This document shows, in pieces, positions 8,364 through 18,190 of a DNA stretch of 64,000 bases. The notes beneath the pieces were generated by a model. The model was not told the origin of the DNA. It was given only the letters and a program-made list of their open reading frames with translations, and made no database searches. The stretch's first letter is position 1; every line of letters starts with the position of its first letter. Source of the DNA: Trueperaceae bacterium (lineage in GTDB: Bacteria > Deinococcota > Deinococci > Deinococcales > Trueperaceae); the NCBI GenBank assembly GCA_034520945.1, contig JAXHNB010000006.1:1-64000 (forward strand), in the 5' to 3' direction. A program made the translations under genes and the position numbers.

Positions 8364-11276
8364 TCACGCATGCACGTCTTCGCCCGACGCTTCACGCGCG
8401 CCCTCGTCGCCCCGCGCGGGGTAGAGCACGCGCAGCGTGCCCTCCGGCGTGTCGCACGTGGTGTCGAACGCCCGTGCGCGCGGGCCCTTGCGGCCGGCAC
8501 GGTCCGCCACCACCCGCAGCAGCGCGGCGTACACCGCCGCGCCGTGGCGCGGGCGTGCCATCCGCTCCGGCGTGAAGCGATGGAGCGTCGCCACCTCGCC
8601 GTCGACGTCGGGACCGACGTCGAGCTCCAGGTAGCGGGCCGCGTCCAGCGGCGACAGGCTGCCCAACGGCGAGAGGCTGAGGCCTTCGAAGTCGCCCGTC
8701 GCCTTCAGGCGCGCGGACGCCTCCTCTTGCGACTCGGTGGGACCCCCCTCCGTGAACGCCTGGAGATGGTCCCAACCCTCGAACATCGCCATGCCGAACT
8801 CGTCGCCGAGGTGCCCCATGATGCTGGCGTAGCGCCACGGGCCTTCGCCCACGCGGAACGCCAGGTAGCCGTCCGGCGGAAAACGCTCCCACGGGATCGC
8901 GTCGTAGAAGTCGTCGGTCGCCTCGAGGAAGTCGAGGGCGTCGTTCTCGTCTTCGTTCGCCAGCCAGGCGGGCACGCCGCTGCCGAGCGCCTCCGTCATC
9001 TGCTCCAGCAGTTCGCGCGCCGGGGACGCGTCGCCTTCCTCGACCGGGATGTCGGTGCCCTTCAGGGCGCGACGCAGCTGCACCGCGCGCCGCTTGCTGG
9101 CCACGGTGAGGTGGCGGGGCCGGCCCGGCTCCGCCTCGCTGTCCGTGCCGGCGCAGGCGCGCGCCACCACGGCGTAGGCGGCGTCCGTGTCCAGCGGTTC
9201 GGGGTGCGGCCTCACGGCGCGGGCGTCGCCGGCGTCGCTGACCACCGCCGCCAACCACTGGGTCACGGCCTCGGGCTCCTCCTCGCCGATCATGAAGGCA
9301 GCAGGCGCCACCGCGAAGAACCAACCTTCGTCCAGCACCGGCAGCGCGGCGACCTCCGCGGGGTCGGGTGGGGGCGGCTCGTCTTCGAAATCGTCCAGGA
9401 GATCGTCCTCGAAGTCGTCGTCCGGGTCGGCCGCGCCGTCGCCGTCCCCGTCCAACAGACCGTCCAGATCGCCCCAAGCGACCTCTTCGTCGCCCTCGGC
9501 CTCCTCCGCGGCCAAGCCTGCGTACTCTTCTTCCTCGATGGCGTCGGAGAGCATGCGGTAGGCGGGTTGGTCCTTGCCCATGGCCTCGCCGATGCTGTCC
9601 AGGTGATCATTGGCCAGCTCCATGTCCCCGTGGGCCAACGCCAAGCGGCCCAAGGCGGCGGTGAATGTGACCCACTCCTGCACGTGCACGCGCTCCAGGC
9701 CCTCCGGGATTTGCAGGAGCTCCTCCGCCCGCGCGATGTTGCCCTCCTTCAGCGCCTCCACCCCCAGGTGGGCGCGCGGGAACAGGTAGTGCGGATGCTC
9801 CTCGGTCAGGCGTTCCATACGATCGCGGCCGCGCTGTGGGTCCTCGGGATTCCCCAAGGTTTCGCTGACGGCCAGATTGAACGCCACCGTCGCCGAGTGC
9901 GGGTTCTGCGCGGCCAGCTCCGCGAGCACCGGCCGCGCCTCACCGATGCGGCCCGACGTCAGGTCCTGCAGCGCCTCCGTGAGGCGTGCGTCGTCGGCGT
10001 CGGACAGGCCGGAGGGGGTCGGCTCGCCGGTGACCTCGAGGCTGTGGATGCGCAGGTCGTTGGTGTCCTCGCCGGCCAGGTAGGCGTCACCTACGTCGAT
10101 CACTCCGGCCGCCCCGAGGTACAGCAGCAGCGCGACCCGCGTCTTGCGGATGCCGGGACCCTCCTGCGCCACACGGATCAGCACCTCGGCCCACGGCGCC
10201 TCCGGGGACGGCGGCGCATGGTCCGACAGCAGCGCCACAGCCAGGAGGCGCGCCACCCGAGGCTGCTCGTAGCCGATCCAGCCCGGCAACAGGCCCAGCA
10301 GGCCCGGCACCTGGGCCAGGTCGCGGCCCGCTTCCCGCGCCATGCGCTTCTCGCCCAGGGTCTCCCAGCGGTCGATAGCACCTGCCAGGAGGTCCTCCAG
10401 CCGTACCAGCGGCGTGTCCCGGTCCAGCGACCGCTGCTCCAGCGCGTCGACCAGATCGTCCATGACGGTGTCCTGGGCACGTTCACCTGCGTACGAGGTG
10501 AGCTCGAAGTACTGCATGATCGCGTCGGCCAGCGCCGTGTCCTCGTCCATCAGGGCGAAGGCATAGGCCCGCGCCCACTGCGCGTCGACCGGACTCCGGT
10601 AGGAGCCGGCCGAAGCAACGCGGTCGCGGTACGCCCGCGCGGCCTCCACGCCCTCCTGTAGAAGCGCAGCGCGCACGGCGTTCAGCATGGCGTGCACGTC
10701 GTGCGGAGCGCGCTCGGCCCCTTCGCGGGCGGCCTCCAGGAAGCGCCCGAATTCTCCTTCGGAAATGAGCGCCGTCACCCACAGATTTCGGGCCGACAGG
10801 TAGTCCGGGTGCGCCTCCACCAGCCGCTGCAGGGTCCGTGCAGCACCACGCTCGCCCCGCATCAAGGCGATCCGGGCCTGCTCCAACTCCAGCTGGGCCC
10901 GCGTTGGCACGCTCTCCGGCACGTCGCCGTGTTGGCGCGTCAGCTCCGCTTGCTCGATCTCCGGGTCCTCTACGCCAGCCCCGGCGCGCTTGGCCAACCG
11001 CATGGCGTGCAGCGGCATGGTGAGCGCGAGGTAGGTTTCCATCAAAGCCTGCTGGAGCGCCGGCCGGGGGTCCTTGCCTTCCGCCCACTCCAGGTGCGGC
11101 AGGGCCTCGCTGGGCACGTCGGCGTCGAGCAGGGCGCTGCCCAGCGCGGACCGCACGTCCGGGTCCTTGGGGTACTTGCGCACCAGCGACCGAACCTGCG
11201 CCAGGCCTTCCTCGAGATCGTCTTCGCAGGTATCCAACGCGCGGTGTAGTTTGCCGGGAGGGCATAGGCGGGGCAC
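8364..11276 (-). CDS. Large acidic TPR-repeat protein with uncharacterised C-terminal domains
   Basis: TPR-like helices (YPKDPDVRSALG, HPDYLSARN, HPHYLFPRAHLG), Asp/Glu-rich linker, C-terminal FYDAIPW...YASIMGHLGDEFGMAMF; start set by TACACT-N6-GTG. Confidence 0.75.
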   Translation of the reverse strand: MPRLCPPGKLHRALDTCEDDLEEGLAQVRSLVRKYPKDPDVRSALGSALLDADVPSEALPHLEWAEGKDPRPALQQALMETYLALTMPLHAMRLAKRAGAGVEDPEIEQAELTRQHGDVPESVPTRAQLELEQARIALMRGERGAARTLQRLVEAHPDYLSARNLWVTALISEGEFGRFLEAAREGAERAPHDVHAMLNAVRAALLQEGVEAARAYRDRVASAGSYRSPVDAQWARAYAFALMDEDTALADAIMQYFELTSYAGERAQDTVMDDLVDALEQRSLDRDTPLVRLEDLLAGAIDRWETLGEKRMAREAGRDLAQVPGLLGLLPGWIGYEQPRVARLLAVALLSDHAPPSPEAPWAEVLIRVAQEGPGIRKTRVALLLYLGAAGVIDVGDAYLAGEDTNDLRIHSLEVTGEPTPSGLSDADDARLTEALQDLTSGRIGEARPVLAELAAQNPHSATVAFNLAVSETLGNPEDPQRGRDRMERLTEEHPHYLFPRAHLGVEALKEGNIARAEELLQIPEGLERVHVQEWVTFTAALGRLALAHGDMELANDHLDSIGEAMGKDQPAYRMLSDAIEEEEYAGLAAEEAEGDEEVAWGDLDGLLDGDGDGAADPDDDFEDDLLDDFEDEPPPPDPAEVAALPVLDEGWFFAVAPAAFMIGEEEPEAVTQWLAAVVSDAGDARAVRPHPEPLDTDAAYAVVARACAGTDSEAEPGRPRHLTVASKRRAVQLRRALKGTDIPVEEGDASPARELLEQMTEALGSGVPAWLANEDENDALDFLEATDDFYDAIPWERFPPDGYLAFRVGEGPWRYASIMGHLGDEFGMAMFEGWDHLQAFTEGGPTESQEEASARLKATGDFEGLSLSPLGSLSPLDAARYLELDVGPDVDGEVATLHRFTPERMARPRHGAAVYAALLRVVADRAGRKGPRARAFDTTCDTPEGTLRVLYPARGDEGAREASGEDVHA

Positions 11277-11307
11277 GGGGTGAGTGTAGCGAGGATAGGA
11301 GGCCAGC

Positions 11308-11550
11308 ATGCCGAAGAAGATGAGCGTCACGGCGCTGCGCAAGAACCTGTACCGCGTGGTGGACGAGATCCTCGAGACGGGCGAAGCGGTCGAGGTCGAA
11401 CGGAACGGCAAGACGCTGCTGATCACGCCGGCCCCACCGGAAGTGGGCCGCCTGTCACGACTTCCGCGGCGGGACGAGATCGTCGGGGACCCCGAAGACT
11501 TGGTGTCGCTCCGCGTGGCGAGCTGGGGCGACGGCGAAGTCGAACCGTGA
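11308..11550 (+). CDS. Phd/YefM family antitoxin, orphan
   Basis: SVTALRKNLYRVVDEILETGEAVEVERNGK; AGGAGG RBS. Confidence 0.85.
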   Translation: MPKKMSVTALRKNLYRVVDEILETGEAVEVERNGKTLLITPAPPEVGRLSRLPRRDEIVGDPEDLVSLRVASWGDGEVEP

Positions 11551-11629
11551 CCGGGCTGCCATTTCGAGGACTCGACGCGTCAAGCTTCTCGCACCACGAC
11601 GATCGGGACGCCGTGCCCTACCCCTGCCG

Positions 11630-12500
11630 TCAGCCCTCCCCCAACAACCCCCGCAGGTACGCCCCGTAGCCGCTCTTCGCCAGCGGTTCCGCCAGCGCCT
11701 CCAGTTGCTCACTGCTGATCCAGCCGTTGCGCCAGGCAACCTCCTCGGGACAGCCGATCTTGAGGCCCTGGCGCTCCTCCAGCGTCTGCACGAAGGCGCC
11801 GGCCTGCATCAGCGCGTCGTGCGTGCCGGTGTCCAACCAGGCCATGCCGCGGCCCAGGAGCTCGACGTGCAGCGCGCCGCGGCGCAGGTAGGCGCGGTTC
11901 ACGTCGGTGATCTCGAGCTCGCCGCGCTCGGAGGGGCGGACCTGCTTGGCGGCCTCGACCACGTCAGCGTCGTAGAAGTACAGGCCGGTCACGGCGTAGC
12001 GGCTCTTGGGCTTCTCCGGCTTCTCCTCGATGTCGGTGACGCGCCGGTGCTCGTCGAACGCCACCACGCCGTAGCGACGCGGGTCGCGCACCTGGTAGCC
12101 GAACACGGTGGCGCCCTCGGTGCGCTGGGCGCTGCGCTGCAGCAGGCCGGTCAGGCCGTAGCCGTAGAACACGTTGTCGCCCAGCACCAGGGCGACCGGG
12201 TCGCGGCCGATGAAGTCCTCGCCGATCAGGAACGCCTGCGCCAGGCCCTCCGGCTTTGGCTGTTCGGCGTACGTAGAATTGCACGCCCCAGGCGCGGCCG
12301 TCGCCCAGCAGCTCGCGGTAGCGGGGCAGGTCGTAGGGGGTGCTGATCACCAGGATGTCGCGGATGCCGGCCAGCATCAGGGTGGTCAGCGGGTAGTACA
12401 CCATCGGTTTGTCGTAGATCGGCAGCAGCTGCTTGCTGACCGCCCGCGTCAGCGGGTGCAGGCGCGTGCCGGCACCGCCCGCCAGCACGATGCCCTTCAC
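11630..12500 (-). pseudogene. rmlA: Glucose-1-phosphate thymidylyltransferase, +1 frameshift near 12275 (real lesion or sequencing error)
   Basis: [17 protein letters not shown]...[12 protein letters not shown] in one frame; [36 protein letters not shown] in another. Confidence 0.9.
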
Positions 12501-12531
12501 GGCGTCCCCCGGTCCTGATACCCGCCGCGCG

Positions 12532-13593
12532 TCACGGCAGCACCCCGCGGCGGCCCAGCTCGTGCTCGCCGGCCAGGATCTCCTCGACCCACGCCTCGTG
12601 GTCCAGGTACCAGCGGACCGTCTCGCGCAGGCCGTCCTCGAAGCGGGTGTCGGGGCGCCAGTCCAGTTCGCGTTCGGCGCGGGCGGGGTCGATGGCGTAG
12701 CGCAGGTCGTGCCCCGGCCGGTCCTCCACGAATTCGATCAGCTCGCGGTGCGGCGCGCCGCTCGGGCGCAGCTCGTCCAGCAGGTCGCACAGCATGCGGA
12801 CCAGCGTCAGGTTGTCGTGCTCGTTGCGGGCGCCGAACAGGTAGGTCGCGCCCGGCCCGCCGCGCTCCAGCGCCGCGATCAGCCCGCGGGCGTGATCGCG
12901 GACGTGCAGCCAGTCGCGCACGTTGGCGCCGGTGCCGTACACCGGGATCCGCTGGCCCCGCGCCGCCGTGAGGATCACCGTCGGGATCAGCTTTTCCGGG
13001 TACTGCCGCGGCCCGTAGTTGTTGCTGCAGTTGGTCACCAGGACGGGCACGCCGTAGGTGTGCTGCCAGGCGCGGGCCAGGTGGTCGCTGGCGGCCTTGG
13101 TGGCGGCGTAGGGACTGCGCGGGTCGTAGCGCGTACTGGGCGTGAACGGCGGGTCGTCCGGGTCCAAGCTGCCGAACACCTCATCCGTGCTGACGTGCAC
13201 GAAGCGGACGTCGTCGCGCCCCTGCCAGTGGCGTCGCGCCTCCTGCAGCAGGTGGTAGGTGCCGGTCACGTTGGTGCGGAGGAAGGCGGCGGGCCCGTCG
13301 ATGCTGCGGTCCACGTGGCTCTCCGCCGCCAGGTGGAGCACCGCGTCGGGATGGTGCACCTCGAACGCGGCCTCGACCACGTCCGCGTCGGTGATGTCGC
13401 CGTGCACGAACACGTGCCGGGGGTCGTCCGACACCGCCTTCAGCGAGGCACGGTGGCCGGCGTACGTCAGGGCGTCCAACGTCACCACGCGGTAGCGGCC
13501 GGTGTCCAGCAGCTCGCGCACCAGCGACGAGCCGACGAAGCCGGCGCCGCCCGTCACCAGGACGGTCCGTTCAGGTCGATGGGCTGCGGTCAC
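12532..13593 (-). CDS. rmlB: dTDP-glucose 4,6-dehydratase
   Basis: [56 protein letters not shown]. Confidence 0.95.
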   Translation of the reverse strand: MTAAHRPERTVLVTGGAGFVGSSLVRELLDTGRYRVVTLDALTYAGHRASLKAVSDDPRHVFVHGDITDADVVEAAFEVHHPDAVLHLAAESHVDRSIDGPAAFLRTNVTGTYHLLQEARRHWQGRDDVRFVHVSTDEVFGSLDPDDPPFTPSTRYDPRSPYAATKAASDHLARAWQHTYGVPVLVTNCSNNYGPRQYPEKLIPTVILTAARGQRIPVYGTGANVRDWLHVRDHARGLIAALERGGPGATYLFGARNEHDNLTLVRMLCDLLDELRPSGAPHRELIEFVEDRPGHDLRYAIDPARAERELDWRPDTRFEDGLRETVRWYLDHEAWVEEILAGEHELGRRGVLP

Positions 13594-14180
13594 GGGGTGT
13601 CACCTCCCACGGCGGGGTACGAGAACAGGTCCTCGGGCGGCAGTTCGTTCAGGGTGGGCCAGGCGCGGTCGCGCTCGGATAGTGCCGGCTCGGACTCGCC
13701 CCAGTCGATGGCCAGGTCGGGATCATTCCAGCGCAGGCCTCGCTCCAACTCGGGCGCGTACTCGGCGGTCGCCTTGTAGTGCACGTCCGCCGAGGCGCTT
13801 CGCACCAGGAAGCCGTGCGCGAAGCCGGCGGGGATCCACAACTGCCGCAGGTTCTCCTCCGACAGCACGGTGCGCACCGCCCGGCCGAAGGTGGGCGCGC
13901 CGCGGCGCAGGTCGACCGCCACGTCCACGATCTCGCCGCGCAGCACGGCGATCAGCTTGCCCTGCGCGGCGGGCGGGAGCTGCCAGTGCAGGCCGCGCAG
14001 CACGCCGCGCTGGCTGCGGGAGTGGTTGTCCTGCACGAAGGGACCCGAAGTGCCGGGAATGCCGTGCCGATCGAAGAGCGAGGCGCGGTAGCGCTCCATC
14101 AGGAAGCCACGGTCGTCGCCGTGCCGTTCCGGCGTCACCACGATCACCTCGGGGATCGCGAGTGGTTCGAACGTCGCCAT
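13590..14180 (-). CDS. rmlC: dTDP-4-dehydrorhamnose 3,5-epimerase
   Basis: DDRGF, FVQDNHSRS, GVLRGLH, QLWIPAGFAHGF, WNDPDLAIDW. Confidence 0.95.
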   Translation of the reverse strand: MATFEPLAIPEVIVVTPERHGDDRGFLMERYRASLFDRHGIPGTSGPFVQDNHSRSQRGVLRGLHWQLPPAAQGKLIAVLRGEIVDVAVDLRRGAPTFGRAVRTVLSEENLRQLWIPAGFAHGFLVRSASADVHYKATAEYAPELERGLRWNDPDLAIDWGESEPALSERDRAWPTLNELPPEDLFSYPAVGGDTP

Positions 14181-14289
14181 CAACGCGCGGGGCAGGAAAG
14201 AGGTCCGGGACGATTCGGCGGCGTCATGGGCGGCATCGTACCCGAGGCGGACGGCCGTGGGGGACGGCGTGATGGTGGCTCCTTGCGAA

Positions 14290-14320
14290 TTGCTCAATGT
14301 ACTGAGCAAAAATACTCAGT
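14290..14320. promoter_or_regulatory. Overlapping palindromes TTGCTCA-N6-TGAGCAA and ACTGAG-N8-CTCAGT, candidate operator
   Basis: AT-rich patch in the rmlD-rmlC intergenic region. Confidence 0.5.
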
Positions 14321-14372
14321 GGAGCGAGAAGCTGGTTCGGTCGATCACGGCATCGGCCTGACGCACCTCGCC

Positions 14373-15119
14373 CTATTCCTCCGCGCCCAGCCGCTTCTCC
14401 CGCTTCCAGTCCCGCCACCGGCGCGTGTCCAACGAGATGTCCGCCGGCAGTGCCACGTTGGCATCCGCGCGGCGGCCCGGCCGCACCTCCGGCGTGCGCC
14501 GCCGCGCCAGCTGATAGGCGCTGGTGCGCGGGCCGGCCACGTGCAGCGTGCCCCACGGCACCTCGGGCGCGTGCGTCACGGCCAGGGCCAGCTCCGGCGC
14601 CAGTTCATCGACGTATGCCTGGCTCGTGAACAGGTCCTCGAACGCGACCGGATGCGGCCAGTCGCGCGGCCGGAAGCTGGTGCGCAGCACCAGCGTGCGC
14701 GGGTGGGCGCGCGCGGCCTCCTCGGCCACCAGCTTGGTGAGGGCGTAGTAGTTCCGCACCGGCCCGGGCGGGTCGTCCTCGGCGTAGCCGCCTTCCTCGC
14801 CCCAGAACACGTAATCGGTGCTGAGGTGCACCAGGGGCGCGTCCACGCTGCGGGCGGCGTCGCGGACGTGCCGGGTGCCTTCGACGTTCAGCGCCCAGCA
14901 GGCATGGCGCTCTCGTTCGGCGCCGGCGACGTCGGTCCAGGCGGCGGCGTGCAGCACCAGGTCAGGGCCCGTGGCTCGGGTGGCCCGCATCACTGCGTCC
15001 GGGTCCAGAACGTCCATTTCGGCGTGGCTAGGGGCGTGCACCTCGTGGCCGTGCGCCGACAGCAGCGGCCGCAGCTCGCGGCCGAGGGTGCCGCTACCGC
15101 CGGTCATCAGGATCCGCAC
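14373..15119 (-). CDS. rmlD: dTDP-4-dehydrorhamnose reductase family protein
   Basis: TGGSGTLG, HAAAWTDV, HLSTDYVF, YALTK. Confidence 0.88.
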   Translation of the reverse strand: MRILMTGGSGTLGRELRPLLSAHGHEVHAPSHAEMDVLDPDAVMRATRATGPDLVLHAAAWTDVAGAERERHACWALNVEGTRHVRDAARSVDAPLVHLSTDYVFWGEEGGYAEDDPPGPVRNYYALTKLVAEEAARAHPRTLVLRTSFRPRDWPHPVAFEDLFTSQAYVDELAPELALAVTHAPEVPWGTLHVAGPRTSAYQLARRRTPEVRPGRRADANVALPADISLDTRRWRDWKREKRLGAEE

Positions 15120-15128
15120 GCCGGCTGC

Positions 15129-16475
15129 TTACGCCTCCGAGGGCGTGTCGGCGGGTGCGCGTGGGCGGCTCGCGTCGGGTGACGCCTCCGGGTCGCGCAC
15201 CGCTTCGCGCAGGAACACGAACAGGGTCGCCAGCATGCCCATCACCACCACGCTCAGCGCCGTGATCAGAAGCTTGCGTGGCCCGGTGGGCTCCAGCGGC
15301 GCCTGGGCGCTGTTGATCATGCGGGTGTTGCCGGGCGTCAAGTCGGCGACGTAGTCGATCAGCGGTTGCAGCTCGGCGACGCTGGTGTACGCCTCGCGCG
15401 CCTGCCGCACGCGCCGCTGTAGCTCCTCGCCGCGACGGTCCAGTTCGGCCAGGCGGGTGCGGAGCTCCCGGCCCTGCGTCTCGAAGCGTGAACGCAGCGC
15501 CTCCGCCGCCTCTCGTTCCCGCAGGGCGCCGGCCAGGTCGGCGGCGGCCAGGTCGGCCAGCACAGCGGCGTTGGGGCCTTCGATCAGCAGCGCGTCGTTC
15601 GGAAGCGCCTCGTCCGCGGACTCGCCGTCCGGCGCCTCCTCGGCGGTGGGTCCCGGTGCGCGGCGCAACAACTGCAACGAGGCGTCGTCCAGCGCCGAGG
15701 CCGGTGCGCGGCCCATCGCCGCCAGCCGTCCGCGCGCGTCGGCGATGCGGCGGTCCAGCGTGTCCAATCGGGCGTCGTTGCTGGCGTGGCGCTGCGCCAG
15801 GCCGCTGAGCCGCTGGCGCAGCTCGTCGCGCGGGTCCTGCGACGAGAACGCCTCGAGTTCCGTTTCGATCTCGTCCAGGGCGGCGCGGCGGCGCTCCACC
15901 GTCTCCGCGGTGTCCTCCTGGGTGGGGGCGAGGTTGGCCAGCAGCGTGTCGCGCACCTGCTGCACCGTCGCCTCGCTCCAGGCGTTGGTGAACGCCGCCG
16001 CCAGCTCCGGGTCGTTCCAGGAGATGCGGTGCGCCACGATCAAGGACGCCTGGCCGTTCCCTTGGCTTCCGGCCACGCGTTCGACTTCGGCGACGCCCTC
16101 CAGGTCGCGATAGCCGAGCGCATCGTCGCCGAGTGCGTCGTCCAGGCGTTGCAGCGTGCGTTCGAACACCGCACGGCTGGTGGCGATCGTCTCGTAGGCG
16201 TCGAAGCCGATCACGTCGCCCGGCTCGAACTGAAGCGTCCCCTGGTCGCGGACGCGGACGGCGCTGGGGCTGGACAGGACGGTCGCTTCCGCCTCGTAGC
16301 TGTTGGGCCGGACCGACGTGACGACGTAGGCGGCCACGCCGGCCAGCAGCGCCAGGCCGAGGATCAACGGCAGCCCGCGCCGCAGGATCAGGTACAACTC
16401 ACGCAGGCTGATCTCGTCGTCGTAGGGCGGAGGGTAGGGCCGCCCTGGTGGGTTGGAAGAGTGCGAAGTCGACAT
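15129..16475 (-). CDS. Wzz-like polysaccharide chain-length determinant
   Basis: DDEISLRELYLIL, N- and C-terminal TM helices around a coiled coil, Pro-rich AQAPLEPTGP before TM2. Confidence 0.82.
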   Translation of the reverse strand: MSTSHSSNPPGRPYPPPYDDEISLRELYLILRRGLPLILGLALLAGVAAYVVTSVRPNSYEAEATVLSSPSAVRVRDQGTLQFEPGDVIGFDAYETIATSRAVFERTLQRLDDALGDDALGYRDLEGVAEVERVAGSQGNGQASLIVAHRISWNDPELAAAFTNAWSEATVQQVRDTLLANLAPTQEDTAETVERRRAALDEIETELEAFSSQDPRDELRQRLSGLAQRHASNDARLDTLDRRIADARGRLAAMGRAPASALDDASLQLLRRAPGPTAEEAPDGESADEALPNDALLIEGPNAAVLADLAAADLAGALREREAAEALRSRFETQGRELRTRLAELDRRGEELQRRVRQAREAYTSVAELQPLIDYVADLTPGNTRMINSAQAPLEPTGPRKLLITALSVVVMGMLATLFVFLREAVRDPEASPDASRPRAPADTPSEA

Positions 16476-16529
16476 CTGCTTCGGAGAATACCCTCAGCCG
16501 TGTGGCTTCCCCAGGGGACGGTCCCCGCG

Positions 16530-17609
16530 TCAGCCGTTCCCGCGAATCAACCCCTCGGCCTCCAAACGCCGCAACCACGCGCCCAGCTGGTCCAGCTCCA
16601 GGTCCAGGACCTCGGCCATGGCGGCCACGGGGTGCCCCTCGCGCACGACCTTGAGGATGCGCTTGCCCGAGGCGCCGATCTCGGCGTCGAAGCGCATCGA
16701 CAGCTCCGTCATGGGGTCCAGCACGTCCCGGCCGCGCAGGGTCAGGTGATACGTGCGGTTCTCCCAGCCGGGCGGGTCCTCCGGTAGGGCCAGGACCGGC
16801 AGTTTGGCCGGGTCGCTGACGGCGCGGAAGCGGCCGATCCGCTCACGCGAGGCGGAGGCGACGCGCAGGACGGGCACGCCGCCCTGCAGGATCACGGCGC
16901 CGGACTCGCCCACGCGGGCGCCGTCGGGCGCGTCGCCGCGCAGGTCGATCGCCATGCCCAGCAGGCCGCGCCGCAACAGGGCGGGCAGCGGGGTGATCGT
17001 CATCATGCAGCCGTCCTGTTCGGCGGCGTGGCGGGTCAGCAGGCGCAGGGCGTCGCCGCGGTGCAGGGTGCGGTCCTCGCGTTCGGCGACCGACGCCACC
17101 AACCGGCCGCCCTCCAGCACCGCCATGACCGCGCCGAACGGGCCGTCGCCCCCCACGACGCCGCTGAAGCCGTGCCGGCCCAGGTCGTGCAGCAGGTCCG
17201 CCAGGCCGACGCGGCCGGCCGGGAGGTCCTCGCCGCCGGGCAGGTCGGGCCACGACTGCAGCGCCGGGTGGTACGCGTCCGGAAGGCGCGAGGGGAGTTC
17301 CGGCACGCCGTGCAGCGCGCCGTTGGGCAGCACGTGCGGGTGGAAGGTGAACGGCAGGTCGGCCACGTCGTCCGGCGGGGCGGTGTCCATCGCGCTGCGG
17401 GCGACCGAGGTGCCGTCCTCCACCAGCGTGAAGCGCACCCCCTCGGGCCCGCGGACCGCCAGCGTGCCGGTGTTTCCGGCCGCCAGGATGGTGCGCAACA
17501 GCGCGGCGGCGTCGGCCGGCCCGGCGTGCCCCCGCAGGGGACGGGACGGCACGGTCCGCCGCGCCCGCGCGTCCGGCTCGGGGGGGACCGGCGTGTCGCT
17601 GGCGCTCAT
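16530..17609 (-). CDS. Hypothetical protein with two DUF4388/PATAN-like segments and C-terminal winged helix
   Basis: LLRTILAAGNTGTLAV and LLHDLGRHGFSGVV...LEGGRLV repeats; VAAMAEVLDLELDQLGAWLRRLEAEGLI. Confidence 0.55.
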   Translation of the reverse strand: MSASDTPVPPEPDARARRTVPSRPLRGHAGPADAAALLRTILAAGNTGTLAVRGPEGVRFTLVEDGTSVARSAMDTAPPDDVADLPFTFHPHVLPNGALHGVPELPSRLPDAYHPALQSWPDLPGGEDLPAGRVGLADLLHDLGRHGFSGVVGGDGPFGAVMAVLEGGRLVASVAEREDRTLHRGDALRLLTRHAAEQDGCMMTITPLPALLRRGLLGMAIDLRGDAPDGARVGESGAVILQGGVPVLRVASASRERIGRFRAVSDPAKLPVLALPEDPPGWENRTYHLTLRGRDVLDPMTELSMRFDAEIGASGKRILKVVREGHPVAAMAEVLDLELDQLGAWLRRLEAEGLIRGNG

Positions 17610-17637
17610 GGGCGTGCCTCGCGCGTCACGGTTCGCT

Positions 17638-18108
17638 TCACGGGGCGCCCCCGGACTCCAGCGACGGCGCCTCGTTCAGGATCCGGTCCAGCAGTTCGCG
17701 GTCCTCGGGGAAGGACAGGCGGGCCCGGGCGTGCTGGGGGGGCAGGAAGGTGCCTTCGGGGAACTGCGTCTCGCGCATCACCGGCGCCGCGTCGCGGGGG
17801 GCGCGGAGGCAGAACCAGGTGATGCGGCGCGGTTGGCCGCGGTCGTTGCGGTAGTGGGTGGTCCAGCGCGCGTGCGGGTTGGGGCAGGTGGCGGCGAGGC
17901 CGGCCTCCTCCTCGACCTCCCGCGTGGCGGCCTGGAGCGGGGTTTCCTGCGCCTCCAGGTGGCCCTTGGGGAACACCCACTCGCCCTTGTGATTGCGGAT
18001 CACCAGCACGTGGCCTTCGGGGTTCAGCACCACGCCGCCCGCGCCCTCCTCAGGCCGCGGCCGAGCGTCCTGACGTGCGGTGCTGCGGGAGTCCTGTGCG
18101 GCGCTCAT
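17638..18108 (-). CDS. NUDIX hydrolase (Ap4A hydrolase-like)
   Basis: GAGGVV, WVFPKGHLEAQETPLQAATREVEEEAG Nudix box; alternative start 18120. Confidence 0.9.
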   Translation of the reverse strand: MSAAQDSRSTARQDARPRPEEGAGGVVLNPEGHVLVIRNHKGEWVFPKGHLEAQETPLQAATREVEEEAGLAATCPNPHARWTTHYRNDRGQPRRITWFCLRAPRDAAPVMRETQFPEGTFLPPQHARARLSFPEDRELLDRILNEAPSLESGGAP

Positions 18109-18190
18109 CGTGGCGGCCATGCTATCACCCGGCGCGCGGCGCCCATCGCGCCGGCGCCCGCGGACGGTTCGCCTGTGGTGGCCGCAGGGC

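Noticed and set aside
4960..11630. Accessory region as a defined mobile element
   Set aside because: No integrase, transposase, tRNA target or terminal repeats recognised
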